Assembly: GCF_006345805.1 (NCBI RefSeq)
Contig: NC_043019.1
Location: forward strand, 26,721,360-26,785,359
Length of the DNA: 64,000 bases
Source of the DNA: Octopus sinensis
Taxonomy: Eukaryota
Direction: 5' to 3'
Part shown: one piece after another, positions 36,283 through 48,135 of the stretch
Position numbering within the stretch: position 1 is the stretch's first letter
Layout: every line of letters begins with the position of its first letter
Position numbers and translations under genes: made by a program
Notes under the pieces: generated by a model
Databases searched by the model: none
Told to the model about the DNA's origin: nothing
What the model saw: only the letters and a program-made list of their open reading frames with translations

Positions 36283-36475
36283 TCACTGCCTGGAATTGAA
36301 CTCCGAATCTTAGGGTTAGTAGCCTGCGCTCTTAACCACTGTGCCATGTGCCAAGGTTCGAAATTTCCCCAAGACACCTGATGAAGCTGGAGGGTATATC
36401 AGCCAAAACATTGAGTTAACAACAAACAAGATGAGGACAAATATCTGTCAAATGTAAATAATGTAAATAACGTAA
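35896..36475 (-). mobile_element. Partial-tandem, tRNA-headed non-autonomous element with Penelope-type HHR terminal repeat and 5' inversion
   Basis: Two units; head GGCACATGGCACAGTGG...GAGTTCAATTCC starts at 36352(-); (AAT)n; repeat carrying CTGATGA...GAAA; inverted copy of the repeat abuts each head. Confidence 0.7.
36129..36172 (-). ncRNA. Minimal type-I hammerhead motif (slightly decayed)
   Basis: ACAC-CTGATGA-A-GGCTG-GAGGGTATAT-CAGCC-GAAA-T-GTT-TTGT; the inverted copy at 36374-36416(+) has GAAA changed to AAAA. Confidence 0.6.
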
Positions 36476-36884
36476 TTCATTTCATGTTGCTCCAGTCCAT
36501 TCAGCTGGCAAAATGGAGTAACCCTGCAATGGAGTGGTGCCCCATCCAGTGGGAGGGGGGTGATATATATGCCATGAAACTGGTAACCCAGCCCTTATGA
36601 GTCTGTATGACTCGAGAAGACAAACTTTACCTTTATGAAATAAACTTTAGCAACAAAACCCTTGTATGGACCCTCAATTGTCATGTGCACCCCAGTTGAA
36701 AACCTTTGGGTCCAGAAGATTAAAAATGAAAGTGTGGTGTAGGATCATAGGTCTGTTTTTGTTTCAAAGCTGACCTGTGGCTAAACAACAACATCAACAA
36801 CAACAACAGTAGCAGCAAGCAGCAGCAGCAATAACAACAACAACAACAACAACAACAACAAATTGTACTTGTCTTTTTATCTAG

Positions 36885-37059
36885 GGTTACCAATGAGGAA
36901 ACATTTCAGCCAAAGTTCAGCAAAGGGATCGAGCAAGACATACAGTTCATCCATGTCCAACGCTGATAATAACCAGAACACCAACAACCCGTTTGTGCCA
37001 ATCAACCAAGATTTTGAAGTACTCAGAAGAGATTTTAGAGTAGAAACAAGAGACCAAGG
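36885..37059 (+). CDS. PPP1R42: PPP1R42-like coding exon 7 (alternatively terminal, stop TAA at 37061-37063)
   Basis: TTTTTATCTAG| (G)LPMRKHFSQSSAKGSSKTYSSSMSNADNNQNTNNPFVPINQDFEVLRRDFRVETRDQG; phase 1 entry matches exon 6; donor GTAAGA at 37060. Confidence 0.68.
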
Positions 37060-37067
37060 GTAAGATC

Positions 37068-37550
37068 TTTGCTTCTTTTTCATTCCGCCCTTTCCTTCTC
37101 TTCCTCCTCCTCTTCTTCTTCTTCTCCTTCTTCTACCTCTTCTCTTCTTCTTCCACTTCTTCTCTTCTTCTTCCTCCTCTTCTTCTACTTCTTCTTCTCC
37201 TTCTTCTACCTCTTCCTTCTTCTTCCACTTCTTCTCTTCTTCTTCCTCCTCTTCTTTTCTTCTTCCTCCTGCTCCTCCTCCTCCTCCTCCACCCCAACCT
37301 CCGCCTCCTCTTCTTCCTCTCTTCTCCTTCTTCTTTCTCTCTTCTTCTCCTTCTTCTTCCTCCACCACCCCTCCGCCTCCCCCTCGTCTTCTTCTTCTTC
37401 CTCCTCTTCCACCTCCCCCTCCCTTCCCCTCGTCTTCTTCATCCATCCACCCCCACCTCTGCCCCTACTCCGCCTCTGCCTCTGCCTCCGCTTCTGCCTC
37501 TTCTACTTCTTCCTCCTCCTCTGCTTCCTCTTCCTCTTCTTCATCCTGTT
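37068..37550. repeat. Polypyrimidine (CTT/CCT)n tract
   Basis: Direct reading. Confidence 0.9.
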
Positions 37551-37629
37551 CCGTTGATCGGATCAACTGAAACCCTCATAGTCATAACTGATGGAGTGCC
37601 AGTAGAATTGGTAAAGACAGAGAGAAATA

Positions 37630-37863
37630 CCTATTTCTTTACTACCCACAAGGGGCTAAACACAGAGAGGGCAAGCAAGGACAGACAAACGGATTAAGTC
37701 GATTATATCGACCCCAGTGCATAACTGGTACTTAATTTATTGACCCTGAAAGGATGAAAGGCAAAGTCAACCTCGGCGGAATTTTAACTCAGAACGTAGC
37801 GGCAGACGAAATACCATTAAGCATTTCCCCTGGTGTGCTAACGTTTCCGCCAGCTCGCTGCCT
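37630..37863 (-). mobile_element. SINE family B, full length
   Basis: Head and tail both present. Confidence 0.8.
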
Positions 37864-38750
37864 TACAAGAGAGAAATATCATTAAACAATGGTGGGGGAC
37901 AAGAACAAACACACACACACACACACACACACATACTTGTGATGGAAATCTTTCAGTTTCCATCTACCACATCCACTCACAAAGCTTTGGTTTGCCCAGG
38001 GCTAGAGTAGAAAACGCTTGCCCAAGGTGCCAAAGATGTGGTTGGGAAGCAAGCTTCTTACCACACAGCCATTTCTGTCAGTCAATTCTGATCAAGTAGA
38101 GTAATGATCAAAGCCATTTCAGCCATGACCATCCTGACTGTTAGTAAACTCAGAACTATAGTTTAAAGAGAGCAGAGCATGATGTGAGAAAGAGTAACGT
38201 TGCTTTGTAAACAGTAAGATTTGTTGTGCTAGATCGACCCTTTCATACAAATAAACAGTTCTAAAGGTCACGTGTGACATCACTGTAACCAATATACCCG
38301 AGTCAATGCATTAATCTGACCTCTTGCCTTTTGAAAACAAAAGAAAGATGTATTAGAAAAGCGAATTATGTCGAATTAACTTCCATATTCAATTATGTCT
38401 GTTAACCTAGTTGGATAAACTGACAACCAAGACTATGTGTGACATATTTCGGTTAGTTATGTCTAGATTATACACGGGTTATAAAAGGAATCAAAAGTCT
38501 TTAACACAAACATACATGGTCAGAAGGCCACCAGAATTTGGTACAAAAATACCCCCATGAAATGAGTGGGGGATATTTGTGTTAAGTGATTCACAGGCCT
38601 GCTGAGAATAGCAGCTAAATTTCCTTAAATCACCCTAATTTCTAAGAAAAGGACAACAACAAAGAACATATTGGATGACATAGTCATAGATATATAAAGA
38701 GACAGGGTGGTCAAATGTGGAATGTTTTTGGTCATAAGTTTGAATAATTA

Positions 38751-39150
38751 GGCGTAGGAGTGGCTGTGTGGTAAGTAGCTTGCTTACGAACCACATGGTT
38801 TCGGATTCAGTCCCACAGCGTGGCACCTTGGGCAAGTGTCTTCTGCTATAGCCTCAGGCTGACTAAAGCCTCGTGAGTGGATTTGGTAGACGGAAACTGA
38901 AAGAAGCCCGTCGTATATATGTATACATATATATGTGTATGTTTGTGTGTTGTGTTTTCCCCCCTCCCCCAAAATCGCTTGACAACCGATGCTGGTGTGT
39001 TTACGTTCCCATAACTTAGTGGTTCGACAAAAGAGACAGATAGAATAAGTACTAGGCTTACAAAGAATAAGTCCTGGGGTCGATTTGATTTGACTAAAGG
39101 CGGTGCTCCAGCATGGCCACAGTCAAATGACTGAAACAAGTAAATGAAAT
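38751..39150 (+). mobile_element. SINE family A, full length
   Basis: Complete copy. Confidence 0.85.
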
Positions 39151-40851
39151 AAAATGAAAACAAAAAAAAATAAGATTTTAAATGAGGTTAAACAACACTA
39201 AGAACAACAACATTGCACAATTAGATGGTAAAAACAAAAATGATGTCCAGAAAATAAATTAAAATGTCAGAAGGATGAAGGATAAAAATCGACCTTGGAA
39301 GATTTGAACTCAGAACACAGGAACTGAATCAAAGTTCCATCCTTCAAGGGGTCGATAAGTACCAGTAATGCACTGGGTTTAATGCACTCAGTTTCCAGCA
39401 TAATGCCCCCCAATATTAGGGAGTCAGATTTATTGCTATATTCGGGGTCATTTGGGACAACTGAGAAAGAATTCTTAGAATCATCGGTGGGTGGGGGGAG
39501 CGCTGTGGTATTTATCCAGCTCTTTATGTTCCGAGTTCAAATCCCACTGGAGCCAATTTGGCCTTTCTCCATATTCTCCATATAATGCATCTAATATTAT
39601 TAATAATAATTGATTATTATTGTGTATGCTTATAAATGTAACTATGTAAGTACATTTAAGTGTATTTATATGTATTTATGTATATCTATATATGTATGCT
39701 TATGTATATGTATATGTATAAGTATGGAAATGTGTGTGTATTTATTTATATTTATATTTATTTATATTTATAACTTAACCTTATGTACTTTCTAAAATCG
39801 CTGTCGAAGCCTAGAGAAACACCCAAGTACCTCAATTTCATCTACTAATTACTTCAGTCTACTGGAGGAATAAAAGTAGAATGAGGTATTTTTACCTCTT
39901 GACTGAAACAGCTGTAAGATATTTTCCCAATTTATATTTCTGTATGTTATATTTTAATAGTTACTGGTATCTTTATATATTAATATATTTTATATGTAAA
40001 GCATAATATGTTTTACATGTATGTATATTCTTGTAATTGTCATTTTAGTAAATAAATAAAGAAGTTGACATAATATAATGTCTAAAAGTTGATGAACCAC
40101 CTATTGATCTCCTCCATTTTCTTATTGCTCTATAAATTAATGGTAAAATATCTCTTTACCTTCACCCATTTAGTATGCTCAGTAATGTAATTGCATTAAA
40201 AAACACTTGTGTATTAATAATTGGGTATTCTACCAGCAGTATATTGGATAGATATTATCCCTTAGTTGGTTGGATTCACAACCTCTAACTTTCTTGTAAA
40301 TATATATATATATATATTTGGGCTGCCTGATTAGCTCTTGTGCTGGTGACACGTAAAAAGCACCATCCAAATGTGACCAATGCCAGTGTCCTCTGACTGG
40401 TTCCTGTGCTGGTGGCACGTAAAAAACACCCGCTACACTCTTGGAGTGGTTGGCATTAGGAAGGGCATCCAGCTGTAGAAACATTGCCAGATCAGATTGG
40501 AGCCTGGTGCAGCCTTCTGGTTTGCCAGACCTCAGTCAAACCATCCAAGCCATGCCAGCATAGAAAGCAGATGTTAAACGATGATGATGATGATGATGAT
40601 GTTGATGATACACATACACAAACATATATATGCATATATATGTATCTATGTGATGTGTGTGTGTGTGTGTGTGTATGTTGCAACTCATTTCTACAGTTGA
40701 GTTAACTGGAGCAGTGTGAAATAAAGTGTCTTGCTCAAGAACACAACACACAGCCTGGTCCGGGAATTGAACTCACAACCTCACGATCATAAGCTCTACG
40801 CTCTAACCACTAAGCCATGTGCCTTCACCCATGTATATATATATATAAAAT

Positions 40852-41015
40852 AGGGGTAGGAGTGGCTGTGTTGTAAGTAGCTTGCTTACCAACCACATGG
40901 TTCCGAGTTCAGTCCCACTGTGTGACACCTTGGGCAAGTGTCTTCTACTATAGCCTCTGACCGACCAAAGCCTTGTGAGTGGATTTGGTTGACGGAAACT
41001 GAAAGAAGCCTGTCG

Positions 41016-41054
<39 letters not shown>

Positions 41055-41270
41055 ATATGTTTGTGTGTCTGCGTTTGTCCCCCCAACATCGCTTGACAAC
41101 CGATGCTGGTGTGTTTACGTCTCCGTAACTTAGCGATTTGGCAAAAGAGACCGATAGAATAAGTACTAAGGCTTGCAAAGAATAAGTCCTGGGGTCGATT
41201 TGCTCGACTAAAGGGGGTGCTCCAGCATGGCCACAGTCAAATGACTGAAACAAGTAAAAGAGGAAAAGAG
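40852..41270 (+). mobile_element. SINE family A, full length
   Basis: Complete copy. Confidence 0.85.
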
Positions 41271-41313
41271 GAATATATATAGGTAGATAGATAGATAGAT
41301 AGATAGATAGATG

Positions 41314-41367
<54 letters not shown>

Positions 41368-42549
41368 CAGACAGATGTATACATACATATAAAATATTGC
41401 TTCTCCCCCGCCCCCATCACATTCAAGGCCTGGGGCTTGGGTGCCATTGAGATCTCCAAGATGCAGTTATCTAACTCAAGAGATTGATTCCAAATTCTTC
41501 ACCTACAACCTGGCTGCATTTCCAATAAGTCTCTACTACTACTGTCGCTTCTATTACTACTGCAGGTACTATTGTTGCTGTTGTTGTTGTTGTTGTAGCA
41601 GCTGCTGCCGCAAGCCTTGTTGTTGTTGTTGTTGTTGTTGTTAGGCTGAAAGTTAGTCGTCACCAAGCAGTACTACAACTAAATTTGTTACAGCCACGAC
41701 CATCCCTTCTTTGTAATACCCAGGACTCCTAAATTATCTGAAGTTTCCTTCTTCTTACTGGACGATGCTGTTATTTCTAGCATAAATGCTTCCTCGACAT
41801 CCCATAGTAGACATTCTTGTTGTTGTTGGCGACGGTGGTGGTGTTAGTGTTAGTGGTGGTGCTAGTGGTGTTGGTGGTGTTGATGGTGGTGGTGGTGGTA
41901 GTGGTGGACGGTGAATGCATTGATGTTTGAGAGAATTTGGCTGTTATTTCTAGCATAAATGCTTCCTCGACATCCTATAGTAGACATCCTTGTTGTTGTT
42001 GGCGACCGGTGGTGGTGTTAGTGGTGGTGCTAGTGGTGTTGTTGTTGTTGTTGGTGGTGGTGTTGGTGTTGGTGATGGTGGTGGTGGTGGTGCTGCTACT
42101 GCTTTTGCCGTTTCCTCTCAGTTCTACAGAAGAACAGCAAATGTAGAGGAGACAAGGAATAAAAATTCAGTGTTGCAGCTGTTTGTTGTTGTACGGTGAG
42201 AGTGTTGGTGGGGGACGGGAGAGTGGTGGTGGTGGTGGTGGTGGTGGTGGTGGTGGTGGCGGTGGTGGTGGCGGTGGTGGTGGAGAGCATTGGAGGCCGG
42301 GGTGGGGTATGTTGGGCGAAGATGGAGATGTGAAGTTGCTGCTGGGACCAAAAACGGTCCATATCTGTCTGTTGTCACAGTAGTGATGCTAATGGTGGTG
42401 GTGGTGGTTGTGGGGATGGTGGTGGTGGTGGTGATGGTGGTGGTGGTAGTGGGGGATGATAAAGAAAGGAAGAAAAGAAGAAAAAGGTGAAGAGACAGAA
42501 GGAAACAAAGGGCAAGTGTAGTTGATGTTGCAGGAGATAGCTGGGCCAG

Positions 42550-42590
<41 letters not shown>

Positions 42591-42839
42591 GTGAGGGTGA
42601 TGATGATGGTGATGGTGGTGGTGGTTGTGGTGGTGGTGATGATGATGGTGATAGTGATGATGATGATGATGGTGGTGGTGGTTACAATGCTGCTGCTGCT
42701 GATGATGATGGTTGTAGTGGTGTTGGGGGTGATGATGATGTTGGTGTTGGTGGTGATGATGATTGTGGTGGTGGTGGTGGTTGTGGTGGTGGTGATGGTG
42801 GTGATAATGATGATGATGATGATGTACCATTCTTCACAG

Positions 42840-42920
42840 TCTGCTACTGTAACAGCAGACAGTGCCAAACAAAAGACATTTCCCAGCAGAAATTTTCTCC
42901 AAGACAGTATTCTACTTCTA
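42840..42920 (+). other. Candidate 81-nt exon (frame unresolved)
   Basis: TCTTCACAG| unique sequence |GTGAGT between microsatellites; open in phases 0 and 1, gives GLLL* if joined to exon 7 (phase 2). Confidence 0.4.
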
Positions 42921-43473
42921 GTGAGTGAATGTGTGTGTGTGTGTGTGTGTGTGGTAAGGCTAATGTGTCACTGTATATTTTGGTATTTCATTGTGTGCTG
43001 GTTGACTGAACTCAGTATTTCGTGGGAGTATATTTTATGTGCGAATGTGTGTATGTGTGTGTATATATACATATGTATGTATGTGTATGTGTGTGTATAA
43101 ATATATATACACACACACACATGTATATATAAGCATAATGAATCTCTAAGAGAAATACATTATACACAATGCTGATATATACAATTATGAGATTTGTATC
43201 TACACACACACACACCTGAGATAACAACAAGAGAAAGAGTCCTGTATACACATTGCGGTGTTTATTCATAAGAAACTAATGTTTCACTCCATCAGCACCA
43301 ATGGTTGCTCACTTCATGCCATCATTCAGATGACAAAAAAAAAATGAATGAGACAAACTAGGTTTATGGAAAACACCATTTAAATCAATTTTTATTGGTC
43401 TACAATAGCCAGGTGGAAGCACTGTAGCATGACATGGCATGGCTGGAGTTGTTGGCACTGTGAGGTAACTTTA

Positions 43474-44264
43474 CAAGGGAACACTGAAAAGTTCCTGAAT
43501 TAGGGTCAAAGATGATAGAGGAGGATCAGTTAATTATGATTTCATTCGACATATTCCCCTCTCAGATTCACACACTTATTGCAGCAGTCCTTCAGTTTTT
43601 CTAAGCCCTGTATAAAGAAGTTGGAAGATTTGGCATTCCCCTCTCAGATTCACACACTTATTGCAGTGGTCCTTCAGTTTTTCTAAGCCCTGTATAAAGA
43701 ACTTGGAAGATTGGGCATTCCCCTCTCAGATTCACACACTTATTGCAGCAGTCCTTCAGTTTTTCTAAGCCCTGTATAAAGAACTTGGAAGATTTGGCAT
43801 TCCCCTCTCAGATTCACACACTTATTGCAGTGGTCCTTCAGTTTTTCTAAGCCCTGTATAAAGAACTTGGAAGATTGGGCATTCCCCTCTCAGATTCACA
43901 CACTTATTGCAGTGGTCCTTCAGTTTTTCTAAGCCCTGTATAAAGAACTTGGAAGATTGGGCATTCCCCTCTCAGATTCACACACTTATTGCAGTGGTCC
44001 TTCAGTTTTTCTAAGCCCTGTATAAAGAACTTGGAAGATTTAGCATTCCCCTCTCAGATTCACACACTTATTGCAGCAGTCCTTCAGTTTTTCTAAGCCC
44101 TGTATAAAGAACTTGGAAGATTTGGCATTCACCTCTCAGATTCACACACTTATTGCAGCAGTCCTTCAATTTTTCTAAGCCCTGTATAAAGAACTTGGAA
44201 GATTGGGCCTTCAACCAGGCCTTTCACAACACCCTTAAAACCAGTTACTTTTCAGCACCCCTTG
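43474..44264. mobile_element. Mariner-derived MITE with internal 82-bp tandem array
   Basis: TA-flanked TIRs CAAGGGAACACTGAAAAGTTCCTG / CCAGTTACTTTTCAGCACCCCTTG. Confidence 0.8.
43553..44208. repeat. 82-bp tandem repeat, 8 copies
   Basis: Units start at 43553, 43635, 43717, 43799, 43881, 43963, 44045 and 44127; minus strand encodes GLEKLKD(H/C)CNKCVNLRGE, the mariner transposase C-terminus. Confidence 0.95.
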
Positions 44265-44386
44265 TATAGATATAATTTTTAATGGTGGATGAAAGGTCAT
44301 AACTATGAAAAGGAAAGACACAGGGGCTGGGGTGTAGCAGAATGGCCTTGGACAGGTATGGACATCCCCTCTTGACCCAGGCAAAT

Positions 44387-45180
44387 ATTTTTAAGCATTA
44401 AATTTACTGATGGAAAAAAAGATAGTTTCAGACTTCTCAATTAATGATCCGGACAGTTGCTTCAAAATATGAAACTTTTCTGATAGACACAAGTTACATC
44501 TTTCTTCTCCATGCAACTACATATTTTGTAGTATCCACAATGTTTTAGGTTATGAGAGTGTTTGCAGTTGCCTTGTCCTGTAGTGAGAGTGACATAGAAT
44601 TAACTTTTATTTCTGGATTTAAATAATTGTACGTATGAAGATCTGAAATTGCTTGATCTGGACGTCCTGAGATGGACGGTGGTTGCAAACGATCACCCAC
44701 ACTGTGAAAGGGGACGAAGTGAGGGGAAGAAAAACAGGAACGCACCACCAAAGAAAACCGCACTTGCCAGAAGGAAAAGCCAGTAGAGAGCTCTTTCAAA
44801 TGCAGTCTCCCTATGCATGACTGCCACTCCATTGTAACCCTTATACAGCCACAGCAGACGCTGTACCACCATCAGCAGCTGACACAGTTCCTTTGTGTGA
44901 AAATCCACGGCCCCCTCCAGGCCGATGGATGCCTACAACATAACAGTTGTATCTGATCTTGAAAGTATTCTCCATAAGTCCAATATAATTCGTTTCAACA
45001 TCACTGGTGGATGTTATAGTTGTTCTATATACTGCTATCTTAAATTGAGAACTTCCTCGAAAGGTGGCAGTTCCAGATGCTTCTGAAATTACAAGTTGAC
45101 CATTTGGTAAGAAGTGACTTCCTCTGACTTAGGTTATGGTGCAAGATTAAATCTGTGTAAGTCAATCTAAATTTGCATGT
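44387..45180 (-). mobile_element. Penelope-like element GIY-YIG endonuclease remnant
   Basis: Ordered motifs TCNFRSIWNCHLSRKF, IAVYRTTITSTSDVETNYIGLMENTFKIRYN and RCNLCLSEKFHILKQ; frameshifted and interrupted. Confidence 0.75.
44610..44945 (+). mobile_element. RTE (BovB-like) 3' fragment inserted in the Penelope remnant
   Basis: YEDLKLLDLDVLRWTVVANDH, then FKCS...DCHS..LYSHSRRC (frameshifted zinc-finger-like tail). Confidence 0.65.
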
Positions 45181-45499
45181 TAGAATATTTGTATAAATAT
45201 GTGTATAAGTGTGTGTGTGTATTTTGTTGTATTTTGGGAGGGTCATTATGCCAATAATAAACACATACATGGGTTCTATTTCATTTGTTTATTATGTGTC
45301 AATTGGTTAAATGCTTAACCAACTAACTAATTGATTGTTCAATTAATCATTCTGTTAATCAGTCCATCAGTTCTCTTGGTCAAAGTCATTTTGTCATCTT
45401 TTATGACTTCTTTAATCACCTTTTTGTTTCAGGTTAGCTTCAGCAGTTTGTGTTTGAGTCTTTAGTTTTAGTTTATTTTGTATGTTGCTGTATGGTTAT

Positions 45500-45510
45500 G
45501 AGGATGAAGC

Positions 45511-45542
<32 letters not shown>

Positions 45543-45810
45543 TGTATGTATGTATGTATGTATGTATGTATGTATGTATGTATATATCTGTATATGTATG
45601 TGTGTGTGTATGTATGTATGTATGTGTGTGTATGTATGTATATATGTATCTATGTGTGTATGTATATATGTGTATATGTATGTATATATGTATGTGTGTA
45701 TTTGTGTATGTATGTATATATGTATGTATGTGTGTATGTATGTACGTATGTATGTATTTATTTATGTATGCATAGATGTATGTATGTGTGTATGTGTGTA
45801 TATATGTATG

Positions 45811-45841
<31 letters not shown>

Positions 45842-46080
45842 ATGTATGTGTGTATGTATGCATGAATGCATATATGTATGTATGCATGTATATATGTATG
45901 TGTATATGTACGTATGTATGTATGTATTTGTGTGTGTATGTATGTATACTTCTATGTATGTGTATGTATGTACATCTGTATGTAGGTATGTATGTATGTA
46001 TATATATGTATGTGTATATGTACATATGTATGTATGTATCTGTGTGTGTATTTATGTGTGTGTGTGTGTGTGTGCATATC
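45500..46080. repeat. (TATG)n/(TG)n array
   Basis: Direct reading. Confidence 0.95.
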
Positions 46081-46130
46081 TATTAATATACACATACACA
46101 CGTACAACTATAATATACCTTATACTTACA

Positions 46131-46261
46131 GGACGCATCCGAAAACACCATCACCTTATCTCCGACATCTAAAGAAAGTTTCGCATGCTTCTAGGACGCA
46201 TCCGAAAACACCATCACCTGGTCTCCGACATCTAAAGAAAGTTTCGCATGCTCCTGCCTAA
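46131..46261 (+). CDS. Candidate terminal coding exon of the PPP1R42-like gene
   Basis: ATACTTACAG| in phase 2 after exon 7 gives (G)THPKTPSPYLRHLKKVSHASRTHPKTPSPGLRHLKKVSHAPA*; contains an in-frame 63-nt duplication; no homology support. Confidence 0.35.
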
Positions 46262-46484
46262 TCACTCTGATCTCAACTGCAATGTCTGTTAAATGGTGGT
46301 CAACCTCTCAGTAGATCCATTACATCCCCACTCACCACCACCGCTGCTACTCTTGACCATTGTCCCATGGCTGTGAAGAATGATTTAATGTCAGATATGC
46401 AATAAATAAGGGGAACCAAAAGCAGTGTTCAGGAATGATTTCTTACATTTTTCTTCTTCATCTTTTCTTGACCTAATTCTCTCT

Positions 46485-46883
46485 TTACTCTTTTACTTGT
46501 TTCAGTCATTTGACTGCGACCATGCTAGAGCACCGCCTTTTTAGTCGAGCAAATCGACCCTGGGACTTATTCTTTGGAAGCCCAGTACTTATTCTATCGG
46601 TCTCTTTTGCCGAACCGCTAAGTGACGGGGACGTAAACACACCAGCATCGGTTGTCAAGCAATGCTAGGGGGACAAACACAGATGCACAAACACACACAC
46701 ACATATATATATACATATATACGACAGGCTTCTTTCAGTTTCCGTCTACCATATCCACTCACAAGGCATTGGTCGGCCCGGGGCTATAGCAGAAGACACT
46801 TGCCCAATACCACGCAGTGGGACTGAACCCGCAACCATGTGGTTGGTTAGCAAGCTACTTACCACACAGCCACTCCTGCGCCT
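46485..46883 (-). mobile_element. SINE family A, full length
   Basis: Complete copy. Confidence 0.85.
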
Positions 46884-47897
46884 AGCAATATCATTTGTTT
46901 TCTAAAGGTAAAAATATATCTTTGTCTGAAAATTGTGACTTCCCCACTCCCCTCCATTTTTACCGTTCTTACCAACAAAAGCAGAAAATATAAAACTCAT
47001 CCAACCATTAAAGAAGCTTCAGTGGTTCATTGACCTTTTAGAAATAACAGCCAAAATATCCTTGAAATAAAATGGTGTTACAAAAAGCAACAAGAGATTA
47101 TGAGCAACCATTGCACTCTGCAACATAAATGACACACACACATGCACGCATGCACAAACACATACACATATGCACACACATGCACGCATGCACAAACACA
47201 TACACATATGCACACACATGCATGCATTCACACACACATGCCATGCACAGACAAATGCACACATATATGCACGCACACACATACATAGTCACACACAAAC
47301 ATATACAAATTTGCACACATGCATGCATACACATACAAGCACACACATACACAAACACACATGTACACACACACACACATACATGCATACACATACAAGC
47401 ACACACAGACACAGATACACAGATACACAGACAATTACACACACAAATACACAAACACACATGCTCACACACACACACACACACACAAATGGACACACAA
47501 GCACACACACACAGAAGATGAAGGCACAAGGCATTATGTCGAACAAACAGCTCTACAACATTCAGTGTACACATAGAAGACACATTTTAGTGAAAGCAAA
47601 GTCTTGACCAACCCTAACCCTAATTACCTGCACCCATTATTTGTCAACAAATGCTTGGCTTGTCCCAGGGAACCTTCTGAGCAAGGTACGAAGTCAGTCT
47701 TCCATCTCTGTGAGGTTCTTCTATATCCACATGTGAGCATGTAACATGTGGATGACCAAACACAAGCAGTCACCCCGGTAGGATCCTCAGAGAATAGAAC
47801 ACAGACTGAAGGATCCAACTTGCAAAATTGACCCCGGTCGAACGGTTCAACCCATGCCAGTATGGAAAACGGATGTTAAACGATGATGATGATGATA

Positions 47898-47932
<35 letters not shown>

Positions 47933-47936
47933 TGTA

Positions 47937-47984
<48 letters not shown>

Positions 47985-47988
47985 AATA

Positions 47989-48027
<39 letters not shown>

Positions 48028-48064
48028 TAATGTATGTATGTATCTATATATATATGTATCTATG

Positions 48065-48135
<71 letters not shown>

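Noticed and set aside
36280-36352. tRNA-like heads of SINE families A, B, F and the 36352 element as tRNA genes
   Set aside because: A and B boxes are present but acceptor stems do not pair, and each continues into a repeat body.
41760-42075. ~170-bp local duplication next to (GGT)n
   Set aside because: An ordinary slippage duplication of a decayed repeat plus microsatellite.
44860-45098. Apparent minus-strand exon after TTTCAG (ASGTATF...SAVAV*)
   Set aside because: Explained as a PLE GIY-YIG remnant running into an antisense RTE fragment.
47624-47818. Minus-strand ORF ending at a donor-like CAG|GTAATT
   Set aside because: No acceptor, no partner exons and no recognisable domain.
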